A stretch of DNA of 64,000 nt from Deltaproteobacteria bacterium (lineage in GTDB: Bacteria; Desulfobacterota; Binatia; UBA12015), in NCBI GenBank assembly GCA_029262355.1, contig JAJCZO010000297.1, forward strand, positions 21,055-85,054, written 5' to 3'. Both the position numbers and the translations under genes were made by a program. Below, one piece after another: positions 27,714-38,994 of this stretch (the stretch's first letter is position 1; each line of letters opens with the position of its first letter). Below the pieces are notes generated by a model. The model worked only from the letters and a program-made list of their open reading frames with translations. It did no database searches and had not been told where the DNA came from.

Positions 27714-28712
27714 TTGTTCTCCTGTCCGTCTCCGAGAAGCTCGAGCAAGCGTCGCGCGGCCTCCGTCGGCGTGAGGTTCGATCGCCCTACGGCTGCTTCC
27801 ATCTCCGGGAGCAGGCTTTGGACGTCGCGTCTCGCGAGAAAATGGCGCCGAAGGCCGTCTTCGAGCATGCTCCAGAGCCACGCCTGTTGCTGGTGGCGGC
27901 GCCTCTCCATCAGCTCGCCCGAGTCGCCGAGCTTGATGCGGTGATCGACGATGATGTTCCAGATTTCGTCCATGCCCTTGGACTCGAGTGCGCTGGTCGA
28001 TACGACCGGCGGACTCCAGTTCGAGCTGCCGTGGCGGAACAGGCGAAGCGCGCTGCGATACTCGGCCATCGCGCGGGTTGCCAGCGGGATGTTGTCGCCG
28101 TCCGCCTTGTTGACGGCCAGAGCGTCCGCGAGCTCGAGGATGCCCTTCTTGATGCCCTGCAGCTCGTCGCCGGCGCCCGGGAGCATGAGGACGAGGAAGA
28201 AGTCGACCATCGAGGATACTGTGACTTCGGACTGTCCGACGCCCACGGTCTCGACGAGCACGACGTCGTATCCGGCTGCTTCGCACACCAGCATCCCCTC
28301 GCGCGTCCGCTGCGCGACGCCGCCGAGTGATCCCGCCGACGGGCTCGGGCGAATGAACGCCTCGGGACACGCGGACAGCCGCGACATGCGGGTCTTGTCG
28401 CCAAGGATACTGCCACCCGATCGCGCGCTCGACGGGTCGACCGCAAGCACCGCGACTCGTTTGCCCTGCTCGATCAAGTAGAGGCCGAACGCTTCGATGA
28501 ACGTGCTCTTGCCGACGCCGGGCACGCCGGTGACCCCTACGCGCGCGGCGCTCCCCGTAGCCGGCAGAAGGTGCTCGAGCAGCTCCTGTGCTTGGCGCTG
28601 ATGGTCCACGCGCGTGCTCTCCACCAATGTGATGGCCTTCGCCATCGCGCGACGATTCCCGCCGCGTACCTCGGCGGCGAGTGTTGCGGCGGAGGTTGCG
28701 GTGCTCTGCGTC

Positions 28713-28729
<17 letters not shown>
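27710..28729 (-). CDS. meaB: Methylmalonyl-CoA mutase-associated GTPase MeaB/ArgK
   Basis: P-loop [12 protein letters not shown], with G-protein switch and base-specificity motifs (NKAD). It overlaps the 3' end of the mutase gene. Confidence 0.85.
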
Positions 28730-30890
<2,161 letters not shown>

Positions 30891-30969
30891 GAACGAGTAG
30901 GATGGTGGTCGGGCTCGTCGCTTGCAAATCTGCGGAAGGGGCGGCTCCTCGCCCGAATTGGAGGAATGG

Positions 30970-31401
30970 ATGTCGATCGAACAGAACCGCAAGACCGTGG
31001 AGACGATGTGGGAGGCGCTCAGCGCCATGGATTGGGATCGCATGAAGGCTTGCCTCAGCGACGACATCTTCTACGAGGACGTACCGACCGAGGATGAGGG
31101 GGCCCATGGTCCCGAGAACGTCGTAAAGCGTCTGCGCATCGCCTTCGACCAGCTCGTCGACCACCAGCACACGGTCCATCACCTCGTCTGCGAGGGTGAC
31201 GTGGTCTTCCTCGACCACACGGAGGTATGGACGTTCAATACCGGTGAGAAGGCCACCAACACGTTCGCGACCTTGCACGAAATGAAGGACGGCAAGGTCT
31301 CGAAGTGGAGCGACTACTGGGACGTGAGCGGCTTCGTGAACCAGTTCCCGGCCACCTTCCTGGAGGTGATGGCGAAGGCGAGCGAAGCGGACTTCGCGTG
31401 A
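30970..31401 (+). CDS. NTF2/SnoaL-like protein (limonene-1,2-epoxide hydrolase-like)
   Basis: 143 aa from ATG 30970, preceded by a GGAGGA RBS. It has SnoaL-like polar-pocket composition (DDIFYEDVP..., [10 protein letters not shown]). Confidence 0.55.
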   Translation: MSIEQNRKTVETMWEALSAMDWDRMKACLSDDIFYEDVPTEDEGAHGPENVVKRLRIAFDQLVDHQHTVHHLVCEGDVVFLDHTEVWTFNTGEKATNTFATLHEMKDGKVSKWSDYWDVSGFVNQFPATFLEVMAKASEADFA

Positions 31402-31457
31402 CCAAGGCAAGCTTGAAACACGACGTACCCGGCGGCCAGGCTCAACGCGAAGCGCGA

Positions 31458-32156
31458 ATGCGCGACGATGTGGCGGCGGTCCTCACGATCGTGCGCCACG
31501 GCGAACCGGCGTGGGACGACGACGGCGGCGCGGTGGCGAACCCCGGGCTCACGCGGCGTGGCGTGCGGCAGGCCGAGGCGGCCGGCGCCGCGCTTGGGAG
31601 TCGCAGCCACGACGCGCTCTTTGCGAGCCCTCTGCAGCGGGCGCAGGAAACCGCGTTCGCGGTCGGCCAGGCGACCGGCCTCGAGCCGGCGACGGCCCCG
31701 GGCCTCGAGGAGATTCGCGTTGGGACGGACGGGCTGAGCCAAGAGCAGGTCGACGCGTACTTCACCTCGGCGGTGAACCGGCCGCTCGCCGAACATTGGA
31801 ACGGCTGGCCCAATAGCGGCGAGACGTTCCGTGAGTTCCATCGCCGCGTCACCGAAGAGCTCGCGCGCCTCCTCGGCGAGTCTGGAATCGTTGCCACGTC
31901 GACGGGCGACTTCACTCTTTGGTCGCCACCGCCCCAGCCCTGCTCGATCATCTTGACGGCGCACGGCGGCACGAACGCGGTGCTCGTGACGCATCTTCTC
32001 GACATTCGACCGGTGCCGTGGGAGTGGCTGCGCTTCGAGTGCGAGTTGGCGAGCTACTCGGTCCTCGGGCTCCGCTCGATCGGATCGGGCCACTACGTAT
32101 GGTCGCTCCAGAACTTCAACGAGGTCGGGCACCTGACGCAAGCGGGACTGCGGTAG
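31458..32156 (+). CDS. Histidine phosphatase family protein (phosphoglycerate-mutase-like)
   Basis: Catalytic RHG motif in LTIVRHGEPAWDDDGG, plus the downstream His block (ILTAHGGTNAVL). An alternative GTG start at 31398 would overlap the upstream stop. Confidence 0.65.
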   Translation: MRDDVAAVLTIVRHGEPAWDDDGGAVANPGLTRRGVRQAEAAGAALGSRSHDALFASPLQRAQETAFAVGQATGLEPATAPGLEEIRVGTDGLSQEQVDAYFTSAVNRPLAEHWNGWPNSGETFREFHRRVTEELARLLGESGIVATSTGDFTLWSPPPQPCSIILTAHGGTNAVLVTHLLDIRPVPWEWLRFECELASYSVLGLRSIGSGHYVWSLQNFNEVGHLTQAGLR

Positions 32157-32169
32157 CGGACGAGCTGCT

Positions 32170-32240
32170 CGTGTCGGCTCTATAGGGCGCCGCCCCGTCG
32201 TGTCGGCCCTATTAGGGCGCCGCCCCGTCGTGTCGGCGAG
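32170..32240. repeat. Tandem direct repeat, about 30 bp x 2.3 copies (TAGGGCGCCGCCCCGTCGTGTCGGC core)
   Basis: The core sequence tagggcgccgccccgtcgtgtcggc occurs twice in tandem (32183..32207 and 32214..32237). A third cgtgtcggc lies upstream at 32170..32178. The repeat is intergenic, between the phosphatase and the ELWxxDG gene. Confidence 0.6.
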
Positions 32241-32372
32241 AAAAGGCACTTGTCCAGGAATCCGCCACGCCATATGTCGCAGGCTGTCCGAGCCACCACC
32301 TTCCGAAACACCCGCTCCTCGCTTCGGCTCGAAGTAGAGCACGCACGGAAATCCCCCAACGGAAGGCACACC

Positions 32373-33232
32373 ATGATCGGATCGATATCGGGCCGCCTGA
32401 GGCTCCTCACGGCCCTCGTTTTACTTCTTTGCGTCCCGGCTCTGGCAGCAGCACGCGGAAGCATCGAGATCACGCGCGACTTGAACCAGGATCCCGCTCC
32501 GCCCCACAAGAGAGGTGCCGGGGCCGCGCGCCCGACCGCGATTGGAGGCCTGATCTTCTTCGCCGGACGGGATGTCGATTCCGGCGTCGAGCTGTGGACC
32601 AGCGAGCACCCGCGAAGGCACGCGTCTCGTCGCGTCGATTCCGGGGTACGGGACCTCGCGCACGGGGCTTCACGTGATCGGCGAGATCGCGTACTTCGCG
32701 GCCCAGGTGCCGGGGGTCGGGGAGGCGCTTTTGCGCACGGACGGGACGTTCATTGGGCCCCATCCCATTTCCGGCCAGCAGATCTCCGAGTTCGCTGGCA
32801 CCGACCACGGCGTGTACTTCACGACGAACCGCTTCTCCCGCCAGAGCATCGACCAGGTGCTCTGGGTGACCGACGGAACCGCCGCCGGTACCGAGCCCAT
32901 GGCGCGTCTGGAGGGGGACTTCCTCTCGATGCGGCTGGAAAGCCTCGTCGACGCCAGTGGGCGGCTGTACTTGATCGGTGACGACGGTGTTCACGGGTTC
33001 GAAGTCTTGGCGTCGAGTTGCGGAAACGATCAGATCGACGGGGACGAGGAGTGCGACGACGGCCGGGGCAACGGGGTGAGTCGCTGTTCGATCACGTGTG
33101 AGCGGGTGAGCGACAAGGGCGGCCGCATCTTTGCACCGCTTCAGCGCCGTGGCGGCGGCGGACCGCCGACGGTGCGGCGTCTGGGTGGTGGCCGGCGGTT
33201 CCTGTCGAATCCCCGAGGCCGCCTTCGCGTGA
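32373..33232 (+). pseudogene. ELWxxDG-repeat protein with C-terminal Cys-rich repeat, apparently frameshifted
   Basis: ATG 32373 with a GGAAGG RBS gives MIGSISGRLRLLTALVLLLCVPALAAARG...GVELWTSEH, and the frame then breaks near 32625. The +1 frame continues REGTRLVASIPG...ALLRTDGT...VLWVTDGT...CGNDQIDGDEECDDGRGNGVSRCSITCE. The expected ELWTSDGT is split between the two frames. The 3' end is unclear, possibly a TGA at 33230 in the third frame. Confidence 0.5.
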
Positions 33233-33239
33233 GATCGGT

Positions 33240-35318
33240 TCAGTGGACGCCGGCGCGAGCGCGCCGCATCGCGAGGAGAAGCGCGATCACCGCCCACATC
33301 AGGGCGAGGGCGGTTCCTTCTCGGAGCCCGCGGGCGCGGTACTCGATCTCGACCAGGTGTTCGCCTGCGGGCACCGCGACCGCAAAGAACGGGCCCCCCG
33401 CGCGATGGATCTGCGCGGCGACGTCGTCCACGGCCGCGCTCCAGCCCGGTGTCCAGGATTCGCGCACGAGCAGGAGTGCCTCGTGGTCGGTGGACACACG
33501 TAGCCGAGCTCGGCCGGGCGACTCCTCCAGGATGCGGGCCTCGCCGGCAGCCCCGGGGGGCCCTGCGGACGGCCCCGCGTCGAGCACGACTCCGACGGGA
33601 AGAGTCGCGTCGGCACGCATGCGCTCGACCATTTCTCCCACGGAGCCGAGCGGGGCCGCCTCGGCCAGCACTTCGTATCGAAGGGGCGGGGGGGTTCGTT
33701 CCAACAGACAGAGTGTTGGCCGCGTCTCTACGATCTGCCAATCCGGTGCGGCTGCAAAGTGGTCGCACGTGTTCGTCGAGGCGAGTACGAACCGCGCTCC
33801 GGCGCGGTCGAGTAGGCCCGGTCGCCCGGCGTTGCGAAGGGCGGGCCCGTGGGTCCGCCCGAGAAGCTGCGCCGGACCTCCTCGAAGTGAGTCCACGCCA
33901 AAGACGACGTTCATGTTGCCGAAGATGAGTTCGGGGTGCGCCGCGAAGAGCGTACGGCTGAACCGCTCGGAGCTCGCCCGCTCGACAAGGCCGCTGTCTT
34001 CGATCGAGCGAAGCATCTCACCTTGCCGTGGGAGAAGGTCCGCGCGAAACCTGGCGTAGTGGCGAAGCCGCTGCGCGGTGTACGCTCCGCGTTCGACCAG
34101 GGCCCCGGCGATGAGGACGAGTGCAGCTGCAGCGACCAGGTCCCGACGCCGCGTGGCGAGGACCGGGCGCAAGAGCACGTCCGCGCCCAGGGCAGCGAGG
34201 AGCGCTACGGAGACTTCCGTGAGTTGCCAAAACTTCAGCGGTCCCCGGAAGATCGCGAACGGCGGTAGCGCGTGGAGTGCGGGGTACAGTGGCGTGCCGG
34301 GCCCCAGCGAGAGGACGTAGCCGATCGCTGCGACGGAGGCGATGAACCACGCGAGCCTGCCGCGCCGAGCTACGGCGACGAGTGACAAAAGGAGGCTCGC
34401 ATAGCCTAGGAAGGTGGCGAACTGCGCGGTCACACTCGTGCCGGCCGGCGGGTGCAACGGAGCCGTCCACGGAAGGGAGAGCGCGTGGCTCAACCACGGG
34501 TTCGGCCCCTCGCCCCGCATCGATTGCGAGAGCACGGCGGCGGTGGTCAGCAGTTGTGGCGCCGCGAGCGCCAGTCCGCCGAATCCCAGTGAAATGGCAC
34601 GGCCGAGTCGCGAGCCGAGCGTTCGCTCGTCACCGAGGACGAGGATCCACAGCCCCGCAACGATTCCCGAGTAGAGAGCGAACTCGGGGTATCCGGCCAT
34701 CACCTGTCCGGCCATCGCCAGCCAGCCGAGCCACGCGAAGCCGCCGACGGGACTCGTTTCGGGTCTGCGCAACATCTCGGCGGCGGCAAAGAGCCACGGC
34801 CAGTACGCGAGCGCCGAGTATTGCGGGATCAAGTGCGTCGCCCATTGGTGGGAGAACGGAGCGAGTAGGAGCAGGGCCCCACCGAATGCCGCGGCTACAC
34901 GGCTCACCTGGAGTAGACGAAGGAGAAACACGGTGCCCGCCACGAATAGGCCGCAGTGCAGCCCGGTCGATACGTCGAACGCGAACAGGTGCGGCGCCGC
35001 GGTGAGTGCGAACGCCAGCATGTGCGGCACGTACAACGGGCCACCGATCGGGTCGGCGAGAAGCGGGTAGCCCGACCAGAGTCGCGTCGACCATTCGGGG
35101 ATTCGCGACTCACTCCAGCCTCGGTACGCTTCGAAGGCGATCGGGAATTGGATGAGCTGGTTGTCGCCGCCGAGGGCCCATGGCTCGCCCATGGCTTGTG
35201 CGTAGGACCAGAAGAACGCCAGGGCCACGAGACTCGCGGCGCTACCTGCGATCGCAGCGTCGACCAGCGCTTCGCGTGGCCCCGCGTCGCGCGGTGATGC
35301 GTTATTCGTGCTGCTCAT
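33240..35318 (-). CDS. Large polytopic membrane protein with C-terminal soluble domain (YfhO/GT-C-like candidate)
   Basis: 692 aa from ATG 35318 (MSSTNNASPRDAG), with more than 10 predicted TM helices and a ~200-aa C-terminal domain. It is paralogous in architecture to the divergent neighbour. The ORF-track extension to 35756 is R-rich. Confidence 0.6.
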   Translation of the reverse strand: MSSTNNASPRDAGPREALVDAAIAGSAASLVALAFFWSYAQAMGEPWALGGDNQLIQFPIAFEAYRGWSESRIPEWSTRLWSGYPLLADPIGGPLYVPHMLAFALTAAPHLFAFDVSTGLHCGLFVAGTVFLLRLLQVSRVAAAFGGALLLLAPFSHQWATHLIPQYSALAYWPWLFAAAEMLRRPETSPVGGFAWLGWLAMAGQVMAGYPEFALYSGIVAGLWILVLGDERTLGSRLGRAISLGFGGLALAAPQLLTTAAVLSQSMRGEGPNPWLSHALSLPWTAPLHPPAGTSVTAQFATFLGYASLLLSLVAVARRGRLAWFIASVAAIGYVLSLGPGTPLYPALHALPPFAIFRGPLKFWQLTEVSVALLAALGADVLLRPVLATRRRDLVAAAALVLIAGALVERGAYTAQRLRHYARFRADLLPRQGEMLRSIEDSGLVERASSERFSRTLFAAHPELIFGNMNVVFGVDSLRGGPAQLLGRTHGPALRNAGRPGLLDRAGARFVLASTNTCDHFAAAPDWQIVETRPTLCLLERTPPPLRYEVLAEAAPLGSVGEMVERMRADATLPVGVVLDAGPSAGPPGAAGEARILEESPGRARLRVSTDHEALLLVRESWTPGWSAAVDDVAAQIHRAGGPFFAVAVPAGEHLVEIEYRARGLREGTALALMWAVIALLLAMRRARAGVH

Positions 35319-35569
35319 CGCGGCGTGCCCGAACGCGCCCAGCCGAAACGGGCGCTTCTTGGGTAGCAGGGTGCGCCCCTCACGGGAAGCAAGTGGCAGG
35401 AGCCTCCGCCGTCCATTGCGTACCGAGCAGCGGCGCACTAGAAGCTGCATATTCCGTCTCCGGGTTGGAACTCGCTGCGTCGCCGGCTGGGATGTCGCGC
35501 GGGGTTCGTCTCCGGCGGTCTCGTCGTCATGCGGATTCTTTTCGAGCTCGTGTCCCCGGGTGGGGTGGG

Positions 35570-37615
35570 ATGAGTCGAAAGTCGCATCCCGGGGCCGCGA
35601 TCGGCTCGGCGGCGGTCTATCTGCTGCTCGCGCTGTGGCAGATGCGACACGTGCTCCGCGCGCCGACGATCCATGCGCCGTTCTCGAGCGCCTTCTACGA
35701 CATCGGGGCGCGATTCGGGTTTCACGATCTACAGATGGTCGTGAGTCAGATCGCATACAACGCGCGGACTCTCGCGTCCGCGCCCCAAGACGTCTTCACG
35801 GGCCCCCAATGTTACCCGATGGAGAGCGCTTCGACCTTTGGCGAGCACATGCTGGGCGAGGGTGTTTTCGGAGTGGTCCCCTACCTGCTCACCGGAGATC
35901 CGCTCGCGACGATGGCGGCAGTGGTCACGATCAAGCCGCTGATTGCCGCGTTGGCGGCCTTCGCGCTCGTGCTGCGCTGGACGGGTCATTCCGGAGCGGC
36001 GTTCGTCGCCGGACTGTTGTTCGGGTTTCATCCGCTTCGACTCATCGACCCGGCGCACCCCTACCTCTCGGGCAACGAATGGACGATGCTCGCTCTCCTC
36101 GCGCTCGACGGAATCGTCGCGGGGGGAGGGTGGGCTTGGGTCGCCTTGCTGGTGCTCGCGGGTTGGTTCCAGATTCTGGAGAGCTTCTATCCGCTCCTCG
36201 GCTTCACGTTCGTCCTCGGGGTGTATGGCGCATGGCTCGTGGTGGCTCGACCACGCGCGCTCGTCGCCGTGCTTCCCAAGCTCGTCGTCGTGGGCGCTGC
36301 GATGGTCATCGGTGCGTACGTGATTCTCGGCCCCTACCTCGCGACACGCGACGTGTGGCCCGTACTCGGCGACCGTTCGATCTTCGTCCTTTATCCACTG
36401 ACGAGGTACTTCCTGGGCAGCCACCTGTTTCTCGGCGTCACGTTCTGGGTTCTCGCGCTCGCGGGTGGCATCGACTTGATTCGCGGCGCTCGCCGCACCT
36501 GGCCGCACGACCCGCGTTGGCCGCTCCTCGTGGGTGGGCTACTCGTGCTCTGGTTCGGAGTCGAGCAAGAGTTGGCGCTCGTGGGATGGAAGGTGCCCGC
36601 GCTGTATCACTTCCTTCGGTGGGTGCCGGGTGTCGACGCCGTGCGCTCGCCTGCCGTGGTCACGTACGCGGGGCTCGTCCCCGCGGCGCTCTTCGCCGGC
36701 TACGGCGTTACCGTGATTCTGCGCGATCGGTCTCGCGCCGCGGCGCGTTGGATCACCGGGGCACTCGCCGCGTTGTGGATCCTCGAAGTGTTCCTCCCCA
36801 GTGCCTCCACCCGAATCTTCGGCCATCGCTTCGAGGCCTCGGCGGTCCCGCTGAGGCCGTCGGACGATCTCCTTGCGCTGCACGAGCAGCTTCCGCCCGG
36901 ACCGGTGCTGAATCTTCCGTGGGCGCGCGGAAAGTCTGGCGAGTACTTGCTGCTCAGCGCCTACCATCATCGCCGCATCGGAGCGTGCTACAATTCGTTC
37001 GAGGCGCCGATCGCGGCGCGGCTCCGGGTGCTCGCGGAAGCGGTGCCTGACCCGGAGGCGATTCAGGCACTCGCCGCGCTGGGGTTCGACTCGATCGTGG
37101 TGCACGACGACGTCTATGCGCGCCCCGAGATCCGTAGCCGCCTCGATGCGGTCGTGGATGCGGTGAGCGGTAGTGAGGCGAGCCCGGTACGCCTCGCCCC
37201 GATCGGAGAGACCGACGGGCATCGTGCCTATGCGTTGCACGGCAGCGAGCCTCCAGCCGCAGACGTGGAGGCACTGGTTCGGACGCCAGCGGAGCTGCTC
37301 GAAGTCGTCGGGCCGGGAGCGGTCCGTCTGAGCTTTGGGCTCGTGAATCCGGGCCCCCGAGTCTATCGCCATCCGCAGCCGATCGAACCGAGTGCGCTCG
37401 TGGTGCGCTGGCAGGGTCCATCGGGCGCGGTCGTTCGCGAGGAGGAGGTTCGTGTGCTGCTTCCGATCGTGCTCGTCGCGGGGGAAGCTGGGGCCGTCGA
37501 AGTCGAGGTCGTGCTACCGCCGGCCGGTACGTACGAGGTGTCTTTGCTTCGGTCCGGCTCGAAGCCCGGAGTGCTGGCGCACCGAACCGTGCGCGTCGGG
37601 CCTCACTCGACGTAG
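35570..37615 (+). CDS. Large polytopic membrane protein with C-terminal soluble domain (paralogue of 33240..35318)
   Basis: 681 aa from ATG 35570 (MSRKSHPGAAIGSAAVYLLLALW), with multiple TM helices and a C-terminal ~250-aa domain. It is divergently transcribed from its paralogue. Confidence 0.6.
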   Translation: MSRKSHPGAAIGSAAVYLLLALWQMRHVLRAPTIHAPFSSAFYDIGARFGFHDLQMVVSQIAYNARTLASAPQDVFTGPQCYPMESASTFGEHMLGEGVFGVVPYLLTGDPLATMAAVVTIKPLIAALAAFALVLRWTGHSGAAFVAGLLFGFHPLRLIDPAHPYLSGNEWTMLALLALDGIVAGGGWAWVALLVLAGWFQILESFYPLLGFTFVLGVYGAWLVVARPRALVAVLPKLVVVGAAMVIGAYVILGPYLATRDVWPVLGDRSIFVLYPLTRYFLGSHLFLGVTFWVLALAGGIDLIRGARRTWPHDPRWPLLVGGLLVLWFGVEQELALVGWKVPALYHFLRWVPGVDAVRSPAVVTYAGLVPAALFAGYGVTVILRDRSRAAARWITGALAALWILEVFLPSASTRIFGHRFEASAVPLRPSDDLLALHEQLPPGPVLNLPWARGKSGEYLLLSAYHHRRIGACYNSFEAPIAARLRVLAEAVPDPEAIQALAALGFDSIVVHDDVYARPEIRSRLDAVVDAVSGSEASPVRLAPIGETDGHRAYALHGSEPPAADVEALVRTPAELLEVVGPGAVRLSFGLVNPGPRVYRHPQPIEPSALVVRWQGPSGAVVREEEVRVLLPIVLVAGEAGAVEVEVVLPPAGTYEVSLLRSGSKPGVLAHRTVRVGPHST

Positions 37616-38994
37616 CCCAGCGCGCGTAGCGCTTCGGTCTGGCGCGCGTCCCGGGAGGGTGCCACCTTGGGGCCGGCGAGCTGGACGCCCTTTGCGTACT
37701 CCTTGGGAATGCCTCCCGGGTCTGGATCGGTGCGCGCCGAATGTTCGAGCGCGTCCGCTGCGGGATGTGCTCGCCACCGATTGGTGCGCCACTCTTCCGC
37801 CGCTGCGCCGAGCTCGAGGTAGGTACGGTCGATGATCTCTCGATCGCCGTCGACGCGAATGAACCATTTCTGATTGCCGACGACAAACGCGCGCACCTGT
37901 GATCGATTCGCGAACGCCTCGAGCACGATCGGGACGTTCGGTGGTCGCGTTCCGAACACGAATCCATCACTTCGCTCGAAGCCACTGACTCCGATGTACG
38001 CGAGAAGCGACGGTGCGAGATCGACTCCCGAGACCGGCGCCTGGATTCGTCGCCCCCGTCCCCCCGGCCGACGGACCAGGAGGGGGACCCGCACGAGGGG
38101 CTCCCAGACGTGGTAGCCGTGCGAGAAGTAGGTTTCGTGCTCGACCATGGTCTCACCGTGATCTGCCGTGAGTGCGACGATCGTGTCGCCGGGCGAGCGC
38201 TGTACCTCGGACAAGAGACGACCGACTTCCTGGTCGAGGTATGAAATCTCCTCGTCGTATCGGTCGATGTACTCCAGCGCGTCCTGCGGGTTCTCGGCGA
38301 GTTGAATGTAGGCGGGAATCTTCCGGCGTGGCACGATCTGCTCGCCCTCGTGCGCGAAGTCGGCGGGTGTTTCGGCCGGCGGATCGTAGGGCCCGTGCGG
38401 ATCGTTGTAGTGCACCCAGAGAAAGTAGGGGGCGGCCACGTTTCGGGCTTGGCTCAGCCATCCGATCGCGGCGTCGGTCGTTGGACCGGCTCGGCGTTCC
38501 CATACGGGTCGGATGCCCTCGCGTTCCGTCACGGTGTCGTCGTAGTGGTCGAAGCGTCGGTCGAGCCCGATCGACTCACTCGCGAGAACGGAGTTCGAGA
38601 CCACCGCGGCGGTTTGGTATCCGGCGGCGGCGAGTACGTCGGCCAGGGTGGTGACGTCGTCGTCGATGCGCTGCAGAAAGAGTCGGATGCCATGGCCCGG
38701 TGGGTAGAGGCCCGTCAATAGAGACACGACGCTCGGGGGGGTGTTGGTTTCGGCCGAGTAGGCTCGTTCGTAAATCTCCCCGTCTGCGAAGAACGCATCA
38801 ATCTGAGGAGACGTCGGTCGGTCGTAGCCGTAGATGGACAAGTGGTCGTAGCGCAGTGTGTCGACGCTGATCAGGACGAGGTTCGGCGCTGTTCCGTAGT
38901 GCCGGCTCTCCTGCGTCGGCGGTTGGGAGATGCTCCAACCGATTGCCGCCACGACGATGAGGATCGCCAGGGCACGGAGGCCGGGGCTCCTCAT
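37603..38994 (-). CDS. Secreted sulfatase-like enzyme lacking the FGly motif (T-P-P-S-V), paralogue of 6666..8189
   Basis: Signal peptide and N-terminal block NLVLISVDTLRYDHLSIYG. The active-site position reads NTPPSVVSLLTGLYPPGHG. It ends LRALGYVE, and its start overlaps the stop of the upstream canonical sulfatase. Confidence 0.8.
   Translation of the reverse strand: MRSPGLRALAILIVVAAIGWSISQPPTQESRHYGTAPNLVLISVDTLRYDHLSIYGYDRPTSPQIDAFFADGEIYERAYSAETNTPPSVVSLLTGLYPPGHGIRLFLQRIDDDVTTLADVLAAAGYQTAAVVSNSVLASESIGLDRRFDHYDDTVTEREGIRPVWERRAGPTTDAAIGWLSQARNVAAPYFLWVHYNDPHGPYDPPAETPADFAHEGEQIVPRRKIPAYIQLAENPQDALEYIDRYDEEISYLDQEVGRLLSEVQRSPGDTIVALTADHGETMVEHETYFSHGYHVWEPLVRVPLLVRRPGGRGRRIQAPVSGVDLAPSLLAYIGVSGFERSDGFVFGTRPPNVPIVLEAFANRSQVRAFVVGNQKWFIRVDGDREIIDRTYLELGAAAEEWRTNRWRAHPAADALEHSARTDPDPGGIPKEYAKGVQLAGPKVAPSRDARQTEALRALGYVE

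Noticed and set aside
32170-32240. Possible CRISPR array
   Set aside because: There are only about 2.3 contiguous copies with no spacers, and no cas genes anywhere in the window.
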